NCBI GenBank assembly: GCA_963767925.1
Contig: CAVYGB010000010.1
Span: 1,440,001 to 1,504,000 of the forward strand
Length of the DNA stretch: 64,000 nt
Direction: 5' to 3'
DNA from: an uncultured delta proteobacterium
Lineage (GTDB): Bacteria > Myxococcota_A > Polyangia > Fen-1088
The notes beneath the pieces were generated by a model that was given only the letters and a program-made list of their open reading frames with translations, searched no databases and was not told where the DNA came from. This document shows positions 26,589 through 37,585 of the stretch, one piece after another (position 1 is the first letter of the stretch; every line of letters starts with the position of its first letter). Made by a program: the position numbers and the translations under genes.

Positions 26589-28415
26589 GTGACCGCCACC
26601 TTCTTCACCCCGGGGGCCTTGCTGGCCGGGCGCTACGAGGTGGAGCGGGAGCTGGGGCGCGGGGGCGCCGCGGTCGTCTACGCCGCCCGGGATCGCCAGG
26701 TGGGCACGGCGGTGGCGCTGAAGGTGCTGGTGCCGCCGCCGGCGGTGGCCCACCTGGTGCGCGAGCGGACCCGCCGCGAGATCCTCGCCGTGCGCGCGCT
26801 GGCCCACCCCAACGTGGTGCCGATCTTCGATCTCATCGAGGAGGGCCCCTTCACCGTGCTGGTGATGGAGCGGGTCTCCGGCTGCGACCTGCAGGCGCTC
26901 GTCGCCGAGCGCGGTCCGCTGGCTCCCGAGGAGGCCGCGGCCCTGGGCCAGGGCGTCGCCGAGGCCCTCGCCGCCGCCCACCGGCGCGGCATCGTTCACC
27001 GCGACGTCAAGCCCCGCAACGTCCTGGTCGACGGCGCCGGCCGCCCGCGCCTCACCGACTTCGGCGCCGCCCGGGTCGACGGGCAAGAGACGTTGACCGA
27101 GACCGGCGGCCTGGTCGGCACCCTCGACTACGCCGCCCCCGAGCTGCTGAGCGGCAGCCGCGGGGACGCCCGCGCCGACCTGCACGCCCTCGGCCTCACT
27201 CTCTACTTCGCCCTCACCGGCCAGCTGCCGGCCCGCCGGGCGGCCCACCTGCCGCCCCGGCCCGCCGAGGGCGGGCACCACCCGCGCGACGTCCGCCCCG
27301 AGATCCCCACCTGGCTCGACGCCGTCGTCGCGCGCGCCACCGCCGCCGACCCTCGCCGCCGCTTCCCCACCGCCGCCGGCCTGGCCCAGGCCCTCGCCAC
27401 CCACCAGCTCGCCCGCCTCCCCGAGCCCAGCGCCCCCGGCCAGATCGACTTCTGCCTGGCCTGCGGCGCCCCCGAGCCCTTCGGCCGCACCGTGTGCCGG
27501 CCGTGCAGCGAGAGCACCCCCGCGGGCCGCGAGACCCACCTCATCGTCTCCCCTCCGCAGCTCGCCACCGAACGCGCCTCCCTCGCCTCCCGCATCGCCG
27601 CCCTCCTGCACCTGCGCCCCGACGACCCGGCCGCCGCCGACGCCGCCGCGGGCCAGCGCACCCTGGGTCGCCTGCCCGGCCCTCTCGCCGAGCGCGCCGC
27701 CCGCCAGCTCCAGGACCTCGGCATCCCCGTGCGCGCGGTCTCCGCCCGCGCCGACCTGTCGCTGCTGCCCCGCCCCTTCCTCCTGCTCAGCGGGGCCACC
27801 GCCGCCGTCGGCACCTGGGCCGGCTTGCTCGCCCACCCCGCGCTGATCCTCGCCACCCCGCTGGTCACCGCCCTCATGCTGGCCCTCGCCACCCGCGCCG
27901 TGGCCCGCCCCCTGCTCACGCCGCCCCCGACCGGCGAACCCCTGCCGCCCCCGGTGGTCGCCGAGGTCAGCCGGTCGCTGACCGCGCTCGCCGACGGCGA
28001 GGCCCGCCTCCTGCTGGCCGACGTCGTCCGGCTCACCCGCGCCCTGCTGAGCGGGGGCCCCGCCGCCGATCACCTGCGCGATCCCGCGGTGTCCCTCCTG
28101 CGCACCGCCTGCCAGGCCGCGGGCGAGCTGGCCCACACCGACAGGACCGTGGCCCTGCTGACCGACCAGCGGGCCCGCCTCCCCCGCGTCCCCGAGTCCT
28201 GGGCCGCCAACCTGTCCCGCCTCGACGCCGCCCGCACCGCCCTGGTCCAGCACCTGCTCGACGCCATCGCCACCCTCGGCACCACCCTCGGCGAGGCCGC
28301 CCAGCCCGACGCCGCCGTCGGCGAGGCCCTCGCCCGCCACACCCGCGAGCTGGAAGAGGAGCTCACCCTGCGCGCCCAGGCCCGCGCCGAGGTGGAGTCC
28401 CTCCTCCGCGCCTGA
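26589..28415 (+). CDS. Hanks-type Ser/Thr protein kinase with CxxC-CxxC, TM pair and helical C-terminus
   Basis: LGRGGAAVVY, VALK, HRDVKPRN, DFG, YAAPE. Confidence 0.92.
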   Translation: MTATFFTPGALLAGRYEVERELGRGGAAVVYAARDRQVGTAVALKVLVPPPAVAHLVRERTRREILAVRALAHPNVVPIFDLIEEGPFTVLVMERVSGCDLQALVAERGPLAPEEAAALGQGVAEALAAAHRRGIVHRDVKPRNVLVDGAGRPRLTDFGAARVDGQETLTETGGLVGTLDYAAPELLSGSRGDARADLHALGLTLYFALTGQLPARRAAHLPPRPAEGGHHPRDVRPEIPTWLDAVVARATAADPRRRFPTAAGLAQALATHQLARLPEPSAPGQIDFCLACGAPEPFGRTVCRPCSESTPAGRETHLIVSPPQLATERASLASRIAALLHLRPDDPAAADAAAGQRTLGRLPGPLAERAARQLQDLGIPVRAVSARADLSLLPRPFLLLSGATAAVGTWAGLLAHPALILATPLVTALMLALATRAVARPLLTPPPTGEPLPPPVVAEVSRSLTALADGEARLLLADVVRLTRALLSGGPAADHLRDPAVSLLRTACQAAGELAHTDRTVALLTDQRARLPRVPESWAANLSRLDAARTALVQHLLDAIATLGTTLGEAAQPDAAVGEALARHTRELEEELTLRAQARAEVESLLRA

Positions 28416-28483
28416 TCCCCGGATCCCCTCCGTCGCGAACCACCCCGCTCCGGTGGTCGGCGCACAACCCGGCGGAAGGCCGC

Positions 28484-29683
28484 TCAGGATCGCGGCACGC
28501 CGTGGAAGAAGCGGCGGAGCTCAGCGATCATGAGGTCGGGGCACTCCATGGCGGGAAAATGACCGCCGCGGTCGTATTCGGTCCAGGAGGCCTGACGGCG
28601 GTCGGGGTCGATCAGCGCGCGGATGCTGTGGTCGCCGGCGAAGACGGCGACGCCCGCGGGGGGCAGGGGCACGCTCGGCGGGGCGGCCTGGGCGCCCTGC
28701 CCGGCGCTGCGCTTCTTCACGAGCTCGGCGAAGGCCTTCATGCCCTCGAAGGTGAAGTGGGCCGAGGAGGCGCCGCTGCCGGTGAGCCAGTAGATCGTCA
28801 CCAGGGTGAGGAGCTGATCGCGGTCGACCGCCTGGTCGGGCAGCGGCCGGGCCGGGTCGGTCCACTCCGCGAACTTCTCGACGATCCAGGCGAGCTGGGC
28901 GACGGGGGAGTCGTGGAGGCCGTAGGCCAGGGTCTGCGGGCGGGTCGACTGCATGTGCAGGTAACCCAGGCCCTCGCGCTGGAAGCGGTTGAAGGCCTCG
29001 GCCCGGGGGCGATCGGCGGCCGGAACCGCGGCGGGATCGAGGGGAGGGCCGAAGGGGAAATAGGCGGGGCCGTTGAGGTGGGTGGCGATCACCCGGCCGG
29101 GGGCCACCATCGGCAACGTGCCGGTGACGCCGGCGCCGACGTCGCCGCCCTGGGCGCAAAAGCGCGGGTAGCCGAGGCGGGTCATCAGCTCGGCCCAGGC
29201 CAGGGCGACCCGGAAGGTGTTGCCCCAGCCGGGGGCGGAGGGGTTGGAGAAGGCGAACCCGGGCAGCGAGGGGATGACGAGGTGGAAGGCCTGGGCCGGG
29301 TCGCCTCCGTGGGCGGCCGGGTCGGTGAGGGGGCCGATCAGCTCGAGGAACTCGACGAACGACCCCGGCCAGCCGTGGGTGATGAGCAGCGGGGTGGCGC
29401 CCGGCTCGGGCGAGCGGACGTGCAGGAAGTGGATGGTCTGGCCGTCGATGGTGGTGGTGAACTGGGGGAAGCGGTTGATCCGGGCTTCCTGGGCGCGCCA
29501 GTCGAAGCCGCGGGCCCAGTAGCCGGCCAGCTCCTGGAGGTAGCCGGCCGGGACGCCGCGGCTCCAGTCGGTGGCGGCGGAGGCGGTCGGCCAGCGGGTG
29601 GCGGCCAGCCGGCGCGACAGGTCGTCGAGGTCGGCCTGGGGGACGGCGATGCGGAAGGGCTGGAGGTCGGTTGGCTTGTTCAT
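28484..29683 (-). CDS. Epoxide hydrolase (EHN + alpha/beta hydrolase)
   Basis: PFRIAVPQADLDDL, HGWPGS, PSLPGFAFS, QGGDVG, GGHFPAME. Confidence 0.95.
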   Translation of the reverse strand: MNKPTDLQPFRIAVPQADLDDLSRRLAATRWPTASAATDWSRGVPAGYLQELAGYWARGFDWRAQEARINRFPQFTTTIDGQTIHFLHVRSPEPGATPLLITHGWPGSFVEFLELIGPLTDPAAHGGDPAQAFHLVIPSLPGFAFSNPSAPGWGNTFRVALAWAELMTRLGYPRFCAQGGDVGAGVTGTLPMVAPGRVIATHLNGPAYFPFGPPLDPAAVPAADRPRAEAFNRFQREGLGYLHMQSTRPQTLAYGLHDSPVAQLAWIVEKFAEWTDPARPLPDQAVDRDQLLTLVTIYWLTGSGASSAHFTFEGMKAFAELVKKRSAGQGAQAAPPSVPLPPAGVAVFAGDHSIRALIDPDRRQASWTEYDRGGHFPAMECPDLMIAELRRFFHGVPRS

Positions 29684-29707
29684 GTCCGACAAGCTAACTT
29701 TCAATGC

Positions 29708-29722
29708 GGAACGGATCGTTCC
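29708..29722. promoter_or_regulatory. Palindromic operator between epoxide hydrolase and WYL regulator
   Basis: GGAACG-GAT-CGTTCC in a 62-bp divergent intergenic gap. Confidence 0.6.
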
Positions 29723-29745
29723 TCGATGAGCGGTACCCTCTCTCC

Positions 29746-30715
29746 ATGTTGAAGACGTCGACCCGGCTGCTGCAGCTCCTGACGCTGCTGCAGACCCGGC
29801 GGTCCTGGGCGGGGCGCGAGATCGCCGAGGAGATGGGGGTGACAACCCGGACCGTGCGCAACGACGTCGAGCGCCTGCGCGAGCTGGGCTATCCCGTCGA
29901 GGCCTCACCGGGGGTGGCCGGTGGCTACCGGCTGGGCGCGGGCGCGCACCTGCCGCCGCATCCTGCTCGACGACGGCGAGGCGGTGGCGGTGGCGATCGG
30001 CCTGCAGGGGGCGGCGAGCCAGATCGCCGGCATCGAGGAGACCGCCCGCCGGGCGCTGGCCAAGCTGGAGCAGGTGATGCCGGCGCGCGTGCGCCGTCGC
30101 CTCAAGACCGTCCAGGACGCGGTTGTCGCCCTGCCCCGCCCCGCGCCCACCGTTGACGCCGACACCCTCGGCACCATCGCCGCCGCCTGCCGCGACAACG
30201 CCCAGCTCCGCTTCGACTACCGGGACTACCAGGGCAAGGCCAGCCCCCGCACCGCCGAGCCCCACCGGGTTGTGCACGACGGCCGCCGCTTTTATCTGGT
30301 GGCCTGGGACCGCGACCGCGACGACTGGCGCACCTTCCGCGTCGATCGCATGCAGCTCCGCCTCCCCCTCGGCGCACGCTTCGTCCCCCGCCCGCCCCCC
30401 GAAGGTGACCTCCTCGGCCACGTCACCCGTGGCGTCGCCCAGGCCGCCTGGGCCTACCGGGCCACCGTGAAGATCCACGCCCCGGCCGCCGAGCTCGCCC
30501 GCCGCCTCCCCCCCTCCATCCCGCTGCAACCCCTCGACGCCCAAACCTGCACGGCCCAGGTCGGCTCGGACAGCCCCGAGCAGCTCGCCGCCCACCTCGG
30601 CCGGCTGGGGGTCGACTTCGAGGTCCTCGACGCCCCCGAGCTGCTCCCCCACCTGCAGACGCTGGGGGCCCGCTACCTCCGCGCCGCCACCGCGGCGAAG
30701 AAGCCGCGGCGCTGA
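29746..30715 (+). pseudogene. YafY/WYL HTH transcriptional regulator, +1 frameshift near 29959
   Basis: MLKTSTRLLQLL..RTVRNDVERLRELGYPV..GGYRLGAGAHLPP in one frame; ILLDDGEAVAV..FYLVAWD..DWRTFRVDR in another; sequence CCG CCG C ATC. Confidence 0.85.
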
Positions 30716-30728
30716 GGGGATCCGACGC

Positions 30729-32210
30729 TCAGGGGGCGTCGGGGCCGACGTCGGCCGGCGTGAGGGGGCGGCGCAGGGGCAGCGCGGGGGTGGTGGCGTG
30801 CTCGTCGGCGCCGATGTCGGGGGTGGCGCGAGGCTGGCCCTGGAGATCGTCGAGGACGAAGGGGTAGCTGCCCACGGCCTTGTCGATGGCGCCGGAGGTG
30901 GCGGGGATGGCGAGGATCTCGCCGCTGCGGGTGAGGCCGGCGGCGGCGGCGGAGAGGTTGCCGGCGCCGCCCCCGCCGCCGATGTTGTTGGCGACGGTGT
31001 TGCCGCTGCCGCCTATGGTGACGCTGCCGAGGAAGGTGTTGTGCACGATGGTGGCGCGGCGGAGGGGGGCGTGGCCGCCGCCGTCGCCGTCGGCGCGCAG
31101 GGCGGTGCCGGTCTCGATGTAGTTGTTCCAGATCTTGTGGTCGTCGTCGTAGGCCCGGATGCCGCCGCCGCCGAAGAAGAAGTTGCCGTGGATCTCGCTC
31201 TTGCGGCCGGCCCGCAGGGTCATGGTGCCGCCGTTGCGGCGGAAGGTGTTGTAGCGGACGGTGTTGCCCGAGCTCTTGATCGATACGTATTCGGCGTCGG
31301 AGCTGCAGTTGACCAGCAGGTTGTACTCCATGACGTTGCCGGTCATGTGGTAGTCGAACTCCGGGCCGCAGCAGCCGAGCGAGACGGCGTCGCGGCTGGT
31401 GCCGCCGCCGGTGGCGTCGTGCAGGTAGTTGCGGTCGATCTGGGTGAATTCGGACATCTCGGTGGCGTGAATGTAGTGCCCGTTGCCGCTGGCCTTGGGC
31501 CCGAACTCGTTGCGATCGATGCGGGTGTACTTCGCGGTGCCGGTGGCGCGGGCCACCCCGAGCTGGAAGCGCGAGCGGGTGATGCGGCAGCCGTCGGAGC
31601 TGCTGGCGATGGCGCTGCCCATGCCGGTGTATTGCAGGCCCTCGACCACCACGTAGGCGGCGCCCATCAGCTCGACGTTGCCCGCGACGGTGGCCTTGCC
31701 CCGGTTGGCGGCGCGGATGACGATCGGGGCGACGGCGGTGCCCCGGGCGGTGATGGGAGGGAAGGGATAGGTGCCGTCGGCCAGCACGAGGCAGTCGCCG
31801 GGCTGCACGCCGGTCAGCGCGGGCGCCAGGGCCTCGGCGGTGGCGACGTCGACGGTGCGCAGGCAGGGGGGCAGGACGTCCCCCAGGGCCCCGGTGGGGG
31901 CGGCCGGCGCGGCATCCCCCGACGCGGGGGGCGGCGGGGAGGCGTCGGGCGCCGCGCCGCCGGTGCCGGCGGGGGCGGCGGGAGGATCGACCGGCGCGCC
32001 GCCGCCCGCGCCTGCGGCGCCAGCGGAGCCCGCAGCGCCACCGGAGCCCGAGGCGCCGCCGGGGGCGATCGGGGGTCGTCCACCCGCGCCGCCCGTGCCT
32101 TCCACCGGCGGCGGGGACGGGGGCGCGCCCCCCTCGGAGCCGCAGCCGAGCGCCGCTCCTGCCAGGATCACGGCACAGAGGAGAAACGATGCGGATCGTC
32201 GGTCGTGCAT
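30729..32210 (-). CDS. Polysaccharide lyase family 6 (chondroitinase B/alginate lyase-like) lipoprotein
   Basis: ALGC lipobox; PGDCLVLADGTY; AEYVSIKSSGNTVRYNTF; TLRAG; HKIWNNY; PDIGADE. Confidence 0.85.
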   Translation of the reverse strand: MHDRRSASFLLCAVILAGAALGCGSEGGAPPSPPPVEGTGGAGGRPPIAPGGASGSGGAAGSAGAAGAGGGAPVDPPAAPAGTGGAAPDASPPPPASGDAAPAAPTGALGDVLPPCLRTVDVATAEALAPALTGVQPGDCLVLADGTYPFPPITARGTAVAPIVIRAANRGKATVAGNVELMGAAYVVVEGLQYTGMGSAIASSSDGCRITRSRFQLGVARATGTAKYTRIDRNEFGPKASGNGHYIHATEMSEFTQIDRNYLHDATGGGTSRDAVSLGCCGPEFDYHMTGNVMEYNLLVNCSSDAEYVSIKSSGNTVRYNTFRRNGGTMTLRAGRKSEIHGNFFFGGGGIRAYDDDHKIWNNYIETGTALRADGDGGGHAPLRRATIVHNTFLGSVTIGGSGNTVANNIGGGGGAGNLSAAAAGLTRSGEILAIPATSGAIDKAVGSYPFVLDDLQGQPRATPDIGADEHATTPALPLRRPLTPADVGPDAP

Positions 32211-32357
32211 GGCGGCGTACCTCGAAGCCACCTCGGCCGGCGGGGAATCCGCCAGCGGGGGCCTTCTCATCACTTCGCGCCGCCCTCCCCTTTCATTGCA
32301 TTTTCGACGGCAGGCCCGCCGCTGCCTGTTTGCCCTCTCCCGCGGCCGTCTGCGGCC

Positions 32358-32456
32358 GTGGGGGGAGGGTGAGAGTGAGGGCGCCACGCCGGAGGCCCCT
32401 CACCCGGCGCGCAGACGCGCCGACCTCTCCCCACGGCAGACCGCGGGGAGAGGTGA
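32358..32456. repeat. Multi-hairpin REP-like element
   Basis: GGGAGGGTGAGAGTGAGGGC..CCCCTCACCCGGCGCG..CGCGCCG ACCTCTCCCC..GGGGAGAGGT. Confidence 0.6.
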
Positions 32457-32491
32457 TGGGGAGGGGATGGCGCTCCGGGGGGAAAGGCAGT

Positions 32492-32639
32492 GGGGATGGC
32501 GCGGGGGGGGATGGCGCGGGGGGGGGGATGGCGCGGGGGGGGGATGGCGCGCGGGGGGGATGGCGCGGGGGGGATGGTGCGCGGGGGGGATGGTGCGCGG
32601 GGGGGATGGCGCGGGGGGGGATGGCGCGGGGGGATGGCG
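32492..32639. repeat. G-rich tandem repeat (G6-9 ATGGYGC), about 10 copies
   Basis: GGGGGGGATGGCGC units seen directly. Confidence 0.9.
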
Positions 32640-32661
32640 ACCGCACGGCCCGGCTGGGCGG

Positions 32662-34143
32662 TCACAGGAGGTGGCGGGCCTTCAGCTCGAGGTAGCTGCT
32701 GATCACGGTGGGGGTGGCGAGCTCGGGGGGGACGTCGAGGACGAGGACGCCGCGGTCGCGCATGGCGCGCAGGGCCCGGTCGCGCTCCTGGCGCAGCTCG
32801 GCGGCGGCGGCCACGCGGTAGACGTCGTCGGCGACCGCCAGGGGCTCGGCGGCGACGTCGGCCACCGCCGGGTCGTCGATGGCCACGCAGACCGGGAGGT
32901 GGCTGCGCACGCTGCGCCCCAGGTGGGCGATGAGCGCCTCCGAGGCGCCCGCCGACAGTACGTCGGTCAGCAGCACCACCAGGCCCCGGCGCCGGTGGCG
33001 GGCGGCGAGCCAGTCGAAGGCCCGGGCGTAGTCGGACTCGACCGGCGCCGGCGCCACGTCGTAGAGCAGGCGAGCGATGCGGGGGATGACCGCCCGGGAG
33101 GCGCGGCCGGGGGCCAGGTGGCGCCGGGTCTCCCGATCGAAGACCATCACCCCCACCCGGTCGCCGCGCACGGTGGCGACGTGGGCCAGCACCAGGGCGG
33201 CGTTTATCGCGAAGTCCAGGCGGGTGGCCCCCCGCATCGCGACCGCCCCCAGGCGGCCGGCGTCGATCATGAGATAGACGGTCTGGGCCTGCTCGTCGCG
33301 CAGCTCGCGGGCGATGGGGCGGTCGCGGCGGGCGGTGGCCTTCCAGTCGATGCGGCGGTATTCGTCGTCGGGGGTGTAGTCGCGCAGCCCCTCGATCTCG
33401 GTGCCGGTGCCGCGCCGGCGCACGCTGCGGATGCCGATCTGCCCGACCAGGTGGCGGCGGGCGGCCAGCTCGTAGCGGGCGATGCCCTGGATGTTGGGGT
33501 AGACGTGCACCTCGGAGGCGGGCAGCCGCGCCCCGCGCTGGCGGGACAGCAGGCCCCAGGGGCCGTGGCTGCGCAGCGCCGCCGCCGCCACCGCCAGGGC
33601 GCCTCGCCGGTGGGGCGTCACCCGGTAGTGGGCCTCCGCCTCGCCGCCCGCCGGCACCGACAGGCGCAGGCGCACGCGCGCCGGCGTGACCGAGGGGGGC
33701 CACACCTCCTCCAGCTCCACGCTGGCCGCCCGCTCCGACCGGTTGCGTACCCGCAGCCGCACGGTGTGGGTCGCCCCGTGCGACATCACCCGATCGTGCG
33801 CACGCGTCAGCTCCAGCGCCTCGAAGCGGCAGGCGCGCCCGGCGTCGCGCGCCGCCGCCAGCAGCACCAGGGCCAGCAGCGCCAGCCCCGCCGGCAGCAG
33901 CGCCGGGGCGAGCGCGGTGGCGGCGACCGCGCCCGCGGCGCTGGCCAGGGCCAGCGCCAGCCGCCGGGACGGGACCAGCTCGCGCGCCGCCCCCCCGAAC
34001 CGCGCCAGCACGCCCGCACCGGCGGGCGGCAGGACCAGCGCCGCCGTCTCCGCGCCGACCGAGAGTGCAGCGGCCAGCGGCCCGCCGCCGTCCGCGGGCC
34101 GCTCGACGGCCGGCTCGGGCGCGCCGTCCACCGCCGCCGTCAT
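32662..34143 (-). CDS. DUF58 (vWA-like) protein
   Basis: [38 protein letters not shown]. Confidence 0.92.
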   Translation of the reverse strand: MTAAVDGAPEPAVERPADGGGPLAAALSVGAETAALVLPPAGAGVLARFGGAARELVPSRRLALALASAAGAVAATALAPALLPAGLALLALVLLAAARDAGRACRFEALELTRAHDRVMSHGATHTVRLRVRNRSERAASVELEEVWPPSVTPARVRLRLSVPAGGEAEAHYRVTPHRRGALAVAAAALRSHGPWGLLSRQRGARLPASEVHVYPNIQGIARYELAARRHLVGQIGIRSVRRRGTGTEIEGLRDYTPDDEYRRIDWKATARRDRPIARELRDEQAQTVYLMIDAGRLGAVAMRGATRLDFAINAALVLAHVATVRGDRVGVMVFDRETRRHLAPGRASRAVIPRIARLLYDVAPAPVESDYARAFDWLAARHRRRGLVVLLTDVLSAGASEALIAHLGRSVRSHLPVCVAIDDPAVADVAAEPLAVADDVYRVAAAAELRQERDRALRAMRDRGVLVLDVPPELATPTVISSYLELKARHLL

Positions 34144-35087
34144 CGCGGGACCGGGACCGCCTCGACGATCTCGCGCACCGCCGCCCGGGCGGTGAGCCCC
34201 TCTATCTCGGACTCGGGGCGCAGGGTGATCCGGTGGGCCAGGGTGGCCAGCGCCATCCGCTTGACGTCGTCGGGCACCACGAAGTCGCGGCCGCCGAGGG
34301 CCGCCGCCGCCCGCGCCGCCAGGAACAGGGCCACCGCCCCGCGCGGGCTGGCCCCCACCAGGCAAGGTGGGGCGCTGCGCGTGCGGCGCACGACCTCGGT
34401 GGCGTAGGCCAGGATGGCGTCGTCGGCCCGCACCGCTTCGACCTCCGCCCGGCAGGCAGCCAGCTCGGCCCGGTCGACAACCGGCCGGACGGCCGCGGCG
34501 TCGGGGCGCTGGCCGTCGCGGAAGCGGGCCAGGATGGCCTGCTCCTCGATCGCCGTCGGGTAACCGACCTCGACCTTCAGGAGAAACCGGTCCAGCTCCG
34601 CCTCGGGCAGCGGGTAGGTGCCCTCGTATTCGATCGGGTTCTGGGTGGCGAACACGGTGAAGGCGGCCGGCAGGGGGACGCTCTCGCCGTCGATGGTGGC
34701 CTGCCGCTCCTGCATGGCCTCCAGCAGCGCCGCCTGGGTCTTGGCCGGCGCCCGGTTGATCTCGTCGGCCAGCAGGAAGTCGGTGAACAGCGGCCCCTTG
34801 CGCAGCACGAAGGTGCGCGGGCCCGGGTCGAACACGTGGGTGCCGATGATGTCCGACGGCATCAGGTCGGCCGTGAGCTGCACCCGCCGGAAGGTCAGGT
34901 CGAGCAGCCCGGCCAGCGCCCGCACCAGCAGGGTCTTGGCCACGCCCGGGGGGCCCTCGAGCAACACATGCCCTCCGGCCAGCACGCCCACCAGCATCTC
35001 GGTGAAGCTGTCCCGCTGCCCGACGACGACCCGGTCCATCTCCGCGAACAGGCGGGCGGCGAGATCCTGCGTCCGTTTCACGCCCAT
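34140..35087 (-). CDS. moxR: MoxR family AAA+ ATPase
   Basis: [65 protein letters not shown]. Confidence 0.95.
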   Translation of the reverse strand: MGVKRTQDLAARLFAEMDRVVVGQRDSFTEMLVGVLAGGHVLLEGPPGVAKTLLVRALAGLLDLTFRRVQLTADLMPSDIIGTHVFDPGPRTFVLRKGPLFTDFLLADEINRAPAKTQAALLEAMQERQATIDGESVPLPAAFTVFATQNPIEYEGTYPLPEAELDRFLLKVEVGYPTAIEEQAILARFRDGQRPDAAAVRPVVDRAELAACRAEVEAVRADDAILAYATEVVRRTRSAPPCLVGASPRGAVALFLAARAAAALGGRDFVVPDDVKRMALATLAHRITLRPESEIEGLTARAAVREIVEAVPVPR

Positions 35088-36181
35088 GGGCTCGTGCTCC
35101 TGCCAGGTGCGCCTGGCTCCGTCCCGCTCGCGGTTGCCCCCGCCGGCCGCTGCGGGATGCGCAGCCCGCCCACCAGCGCGCGGGCCGCCACGACGAAGGC
35201 CGCGTCCCGACCGGGCGCCGGCGGCGCCGGCTTGCCCACCCAGGCCGCCAGATCGAACAGCGCGCTCTGCCGGTCCTTGCGGGCGGCGTAAAAAGCGGCC
35301 AGCGCCTCGATCTGCTCGATCGAGGCCCGTCGCGGGGCCGCCGGCTCCGGCGAGGGCGGGCCCAGCCGCCGCCCGACCGCCAGCGCGTAGATCAGCAGCG
35401 CCAGCAAGGCGGTGATCCCGGCCAGGCGCAGCGGCCCGGCCGCCAGCGACAGCACCGACACGGCGTCGCCGTAGCCATGCACGAACTCCTCGAACAGGAT
35501 CGGCCCCCCGCCGGCGTGGCGGGCGGCCAGCGCCGCCAGGAAGAGGGCGTTGTCCGCCGCCTTCAACCCGCGGTTGGAAAAGGCGCTGGCGTCGACGATG
35601 TAGATGCGCCCCTTGCCCCGCTGGACCTGCAGCGCCCAGGTGGCCTTCTCGTGGCGGGCCAGCTCGGCCACCGCGCGGCCGCGCCGTCCGGCGGTGCGAA
35701 CGGAGGCCCGCAGGGCCAGCTTGCCGGCCGGCGCCCAGTCGCCCACCAGCGCGACCTCGGTCTCGCGGTGCGCCGCCAGCTCGAGCTCCGGCAGCTCCAG
35801 CCCCTGGCGCAGCAGCTCGGCGTCCGGCTCGAAGGTGGCGGGGCCGTAGACCAGCGTGCCCCCGCCCTCGATCCACTCGCCCACCCCGTGCAGGTCCACC
35901 CCGCCCAGGCGCGACCGGGGCGCCAGCAGGAAGGCCAGCCGCGCCTTGCGCAGATCCCCCATCGGCTCGGCCCGCCGCTCGGTGCGATGGCCCAGCCGGC
36001 CCAGCAGCAGGTAGGCCGCCTTGGCCCCGTCGGGCGCGGTGGCATACGACGAGCCGGCCCGCCCGGTCCCGCCCCCGCCCGCCGGCGCCGCGGTCAGCAG
36101 CGTGCCGAGCAGCAAGGCGGCGCCAGCCGCCACCAGCACGAGCGCGCTCTTCCAGCGCCCGGCCGCCGAGGGCTCAGACAC
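35078..36181 (-). CDS. DUF4350 membrane-anchored protein
   Basis: [42 protein letters not shown]; MoxR context. Confidence 0.8.
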   Translation of the reverse strand: MSEPSAAGRWKSALVLVAAGAALLLGTLLTAAPAGGGGTGRAGSSYATAPDGAKAAYLLLGRLGHRTERRAEPMGDLRKARLAFLLAPRSRLGGVDLHGVGEWIEGGGTLVYGPATFEPDAELLRQGLELPELELAAHRETEVALVGDWAPAGKLALRASVRTAGRRGRAVAELARHEKATWALQVQRGKGRIYIVDASAFSNRGLKAADNALFLAALAARHAGGGPILFEEFVHGYGDAVSVLSLAAGPLRLAGITALLALLIYALAVGRRLGPPSPEPAAPRRASIEQIEALAAFYAARKDRQSALFDLAAWVGKPAPPAPGRDAAFVVAARALVGGLRIPQRPAGATASGTEPGAPGRSTSPWA

Positions 36182-36785
36182 GCAGCCCCCGCTCGAGCGC
36201 CCCGAGCAGCGCCAGGCAGCGGTCGGCCTGCCCCCGCTCGAGGGCGGCGTGCCCGAAGCGGGCGCGCTGGAACTCGAGGGCCAGATCGGCGAGCGGCCCG
36301 GCCAGCTCCGGGCGCTGGCGGCGAGCGGCCGCGACGTGCTCCCAGTCGGCGCAGGCGGCGCGCGCCAGCGAGACGCCGGCCTGGTCCAGCAGGGCCAGCG
36401 CCGCCAGCCAGGAGAACCGGGCCACGTCGGCCAGGCGCCCCTGCCCCAGGGCCAGCAGGGCGTCGGCCCGCAACCCCGCGAAGCCGGCCACCGGCCCGGC
36501 GCCGGCCCGCGCCGCAGCGGCCACCCCCGGCGCCCCACCCGCGCGCCGCCCCGGCAACAGCCAGGCGATCGCCACCGCGATGGCCGCCAGCGCCAGCAAC
36601 AGCCCGAGCGCGCGCAGCCCCAGCGGCAGCCAGGCGCCGATCCCCTCGAGCCGCTCCCCGAACCACTCCATGAGGCGGGTGCGCCAGTCGACCTGCGGGT
36701 TGAACTCGTCGGCGGCCAGGATGCCGTCCCGCTCGGCCAGCACGCGGGCCGCGTCCACCGGGAGAGCGGCGGCCACGGCGGCCAT
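36174..36785 (-). CDS. DUF4129-like membrane protein
   Basis: TM helix; ALGQGRLADVAR; FQRARFG; MoxR context. Confidence 0.65.
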   Translation of the reverse strand: MAAVAAALPVDAARVLAERDGILAADEFNPQVDWRTRLMEWFGERLEGIGAWLPLGLRALGLLLALAAIAVAIAWLLPGRRAGGAPGVAAAARAGAGPVAGFAGLRADALLALGQGRLADVARFSWLAALALLDQAGVSLARAACADWEHVAAARRQRPELAGPLADLALEFQRARFGHAALERGQADRCLALLGALERGLRV

Positions 36786-36790
36786 CGCGC

Positions 36791-37537
36791 TCAAACGGCG
36801 GGCGCCCCGGCGCCGGCCAGCCGCTGCGCCGCGAGCATGAGGTCGTGGCCTTCCTTCTCCTCGCGCATGTTGAAATAGACCAGGCCCAGCGACAGGCCGT
36901 AACAGGGCGCGACGAGGATGGCGGCGAGCTGGTTGGCCACCGCCTTGCTGATCTCCGATTTGCCGATGCCCAGAAGCTCCATGGCCCCGCCCACCACGTA
37001 AGAGAGGACCGCGGCCAGCAGCCCCCACACGAACACCAGGGCAAAGATCCGCCCGCGCCGCTCTTTGATCAGCGCCCAGGAGCGGTTCAGCGCGCGCACG
37101 ATTCCCCGCCCCTCGGCCATCACCACCATGAAGGCGAGAGAGAAGCCCAGGAAAATGTAGACGCCCGGCACGAGCAGCAACAGGAGCCCCAGGCCGGTGG
37201 CCAGGAACATCAGGAACCCGCAGCCCAGCAAGGTGGGGAGCTGGGCGAAGGCCGCGGCGAACGCCGCGCGGAACCCGATGCGCTGCCCCTGGTACAGCCC
37301 CACCAGCACCCGGGCGAAGGCCGCGTACTCCACCGTCGTGACGATGCCGGTCAGCAGGAAGATCGCGATCAGGCTCGCCCAGAAGCCGCCGCGCGAGGCC
37401 GTCGGCTCGGGCGACAGCTCGAAGGCGATCATCAGCGGCATCTGCACCACCCCGGTCGCGGCGGCGATCGCGAGCAGGCGGGCGAAGTTGTCCCGGTAGA
37501 CCCGGAGCGTCTTGTCGAGCGTGGCTGCGAAGGTCAT
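36791..37537 (-). CDS. Integral membrane protein (GDPD-membrane-domain-like)
   Basis: LDKTLRVYRDNF; LLLLVPGVY; EGRGIVRALNRSWAL; YFNMREEKEG. Confidence 0.75.
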   Translation of the reverse strand: MTFAATLDKTLRVYRDNFARLLAIAAATGVVQMPLMIAFELSPEPTASRGGFWASLIAIFLLTGIVTTVEYAAFARVLVGLYQGQRIGFRAAFAAAFAQLPTLLGCGFLMFLATGLGLLLLLVPGVYIFLGFSLAFMVVMAEGRGIVRALNRSWALIKERRGRIFALVFVWGLLAAVLSYVVGGAMELLGIGKSEISKAVANQLAAILVAPCYGLSLGLVYFNMREEKEGHDLMLAAQRLAGAGAPAV

Positions 37538-37585
37538 GCGTCGCCGCCTCCCCGGCGGCGGAGCCTGTACACTAGTGCGGTTCTC

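Noticed and set aside
26549..29752. 1067-aa + ORF and similar long Arg/Pro/Gly-rich ORFs across the window
   Set aside because: No motifs; they overlap well-supported genes
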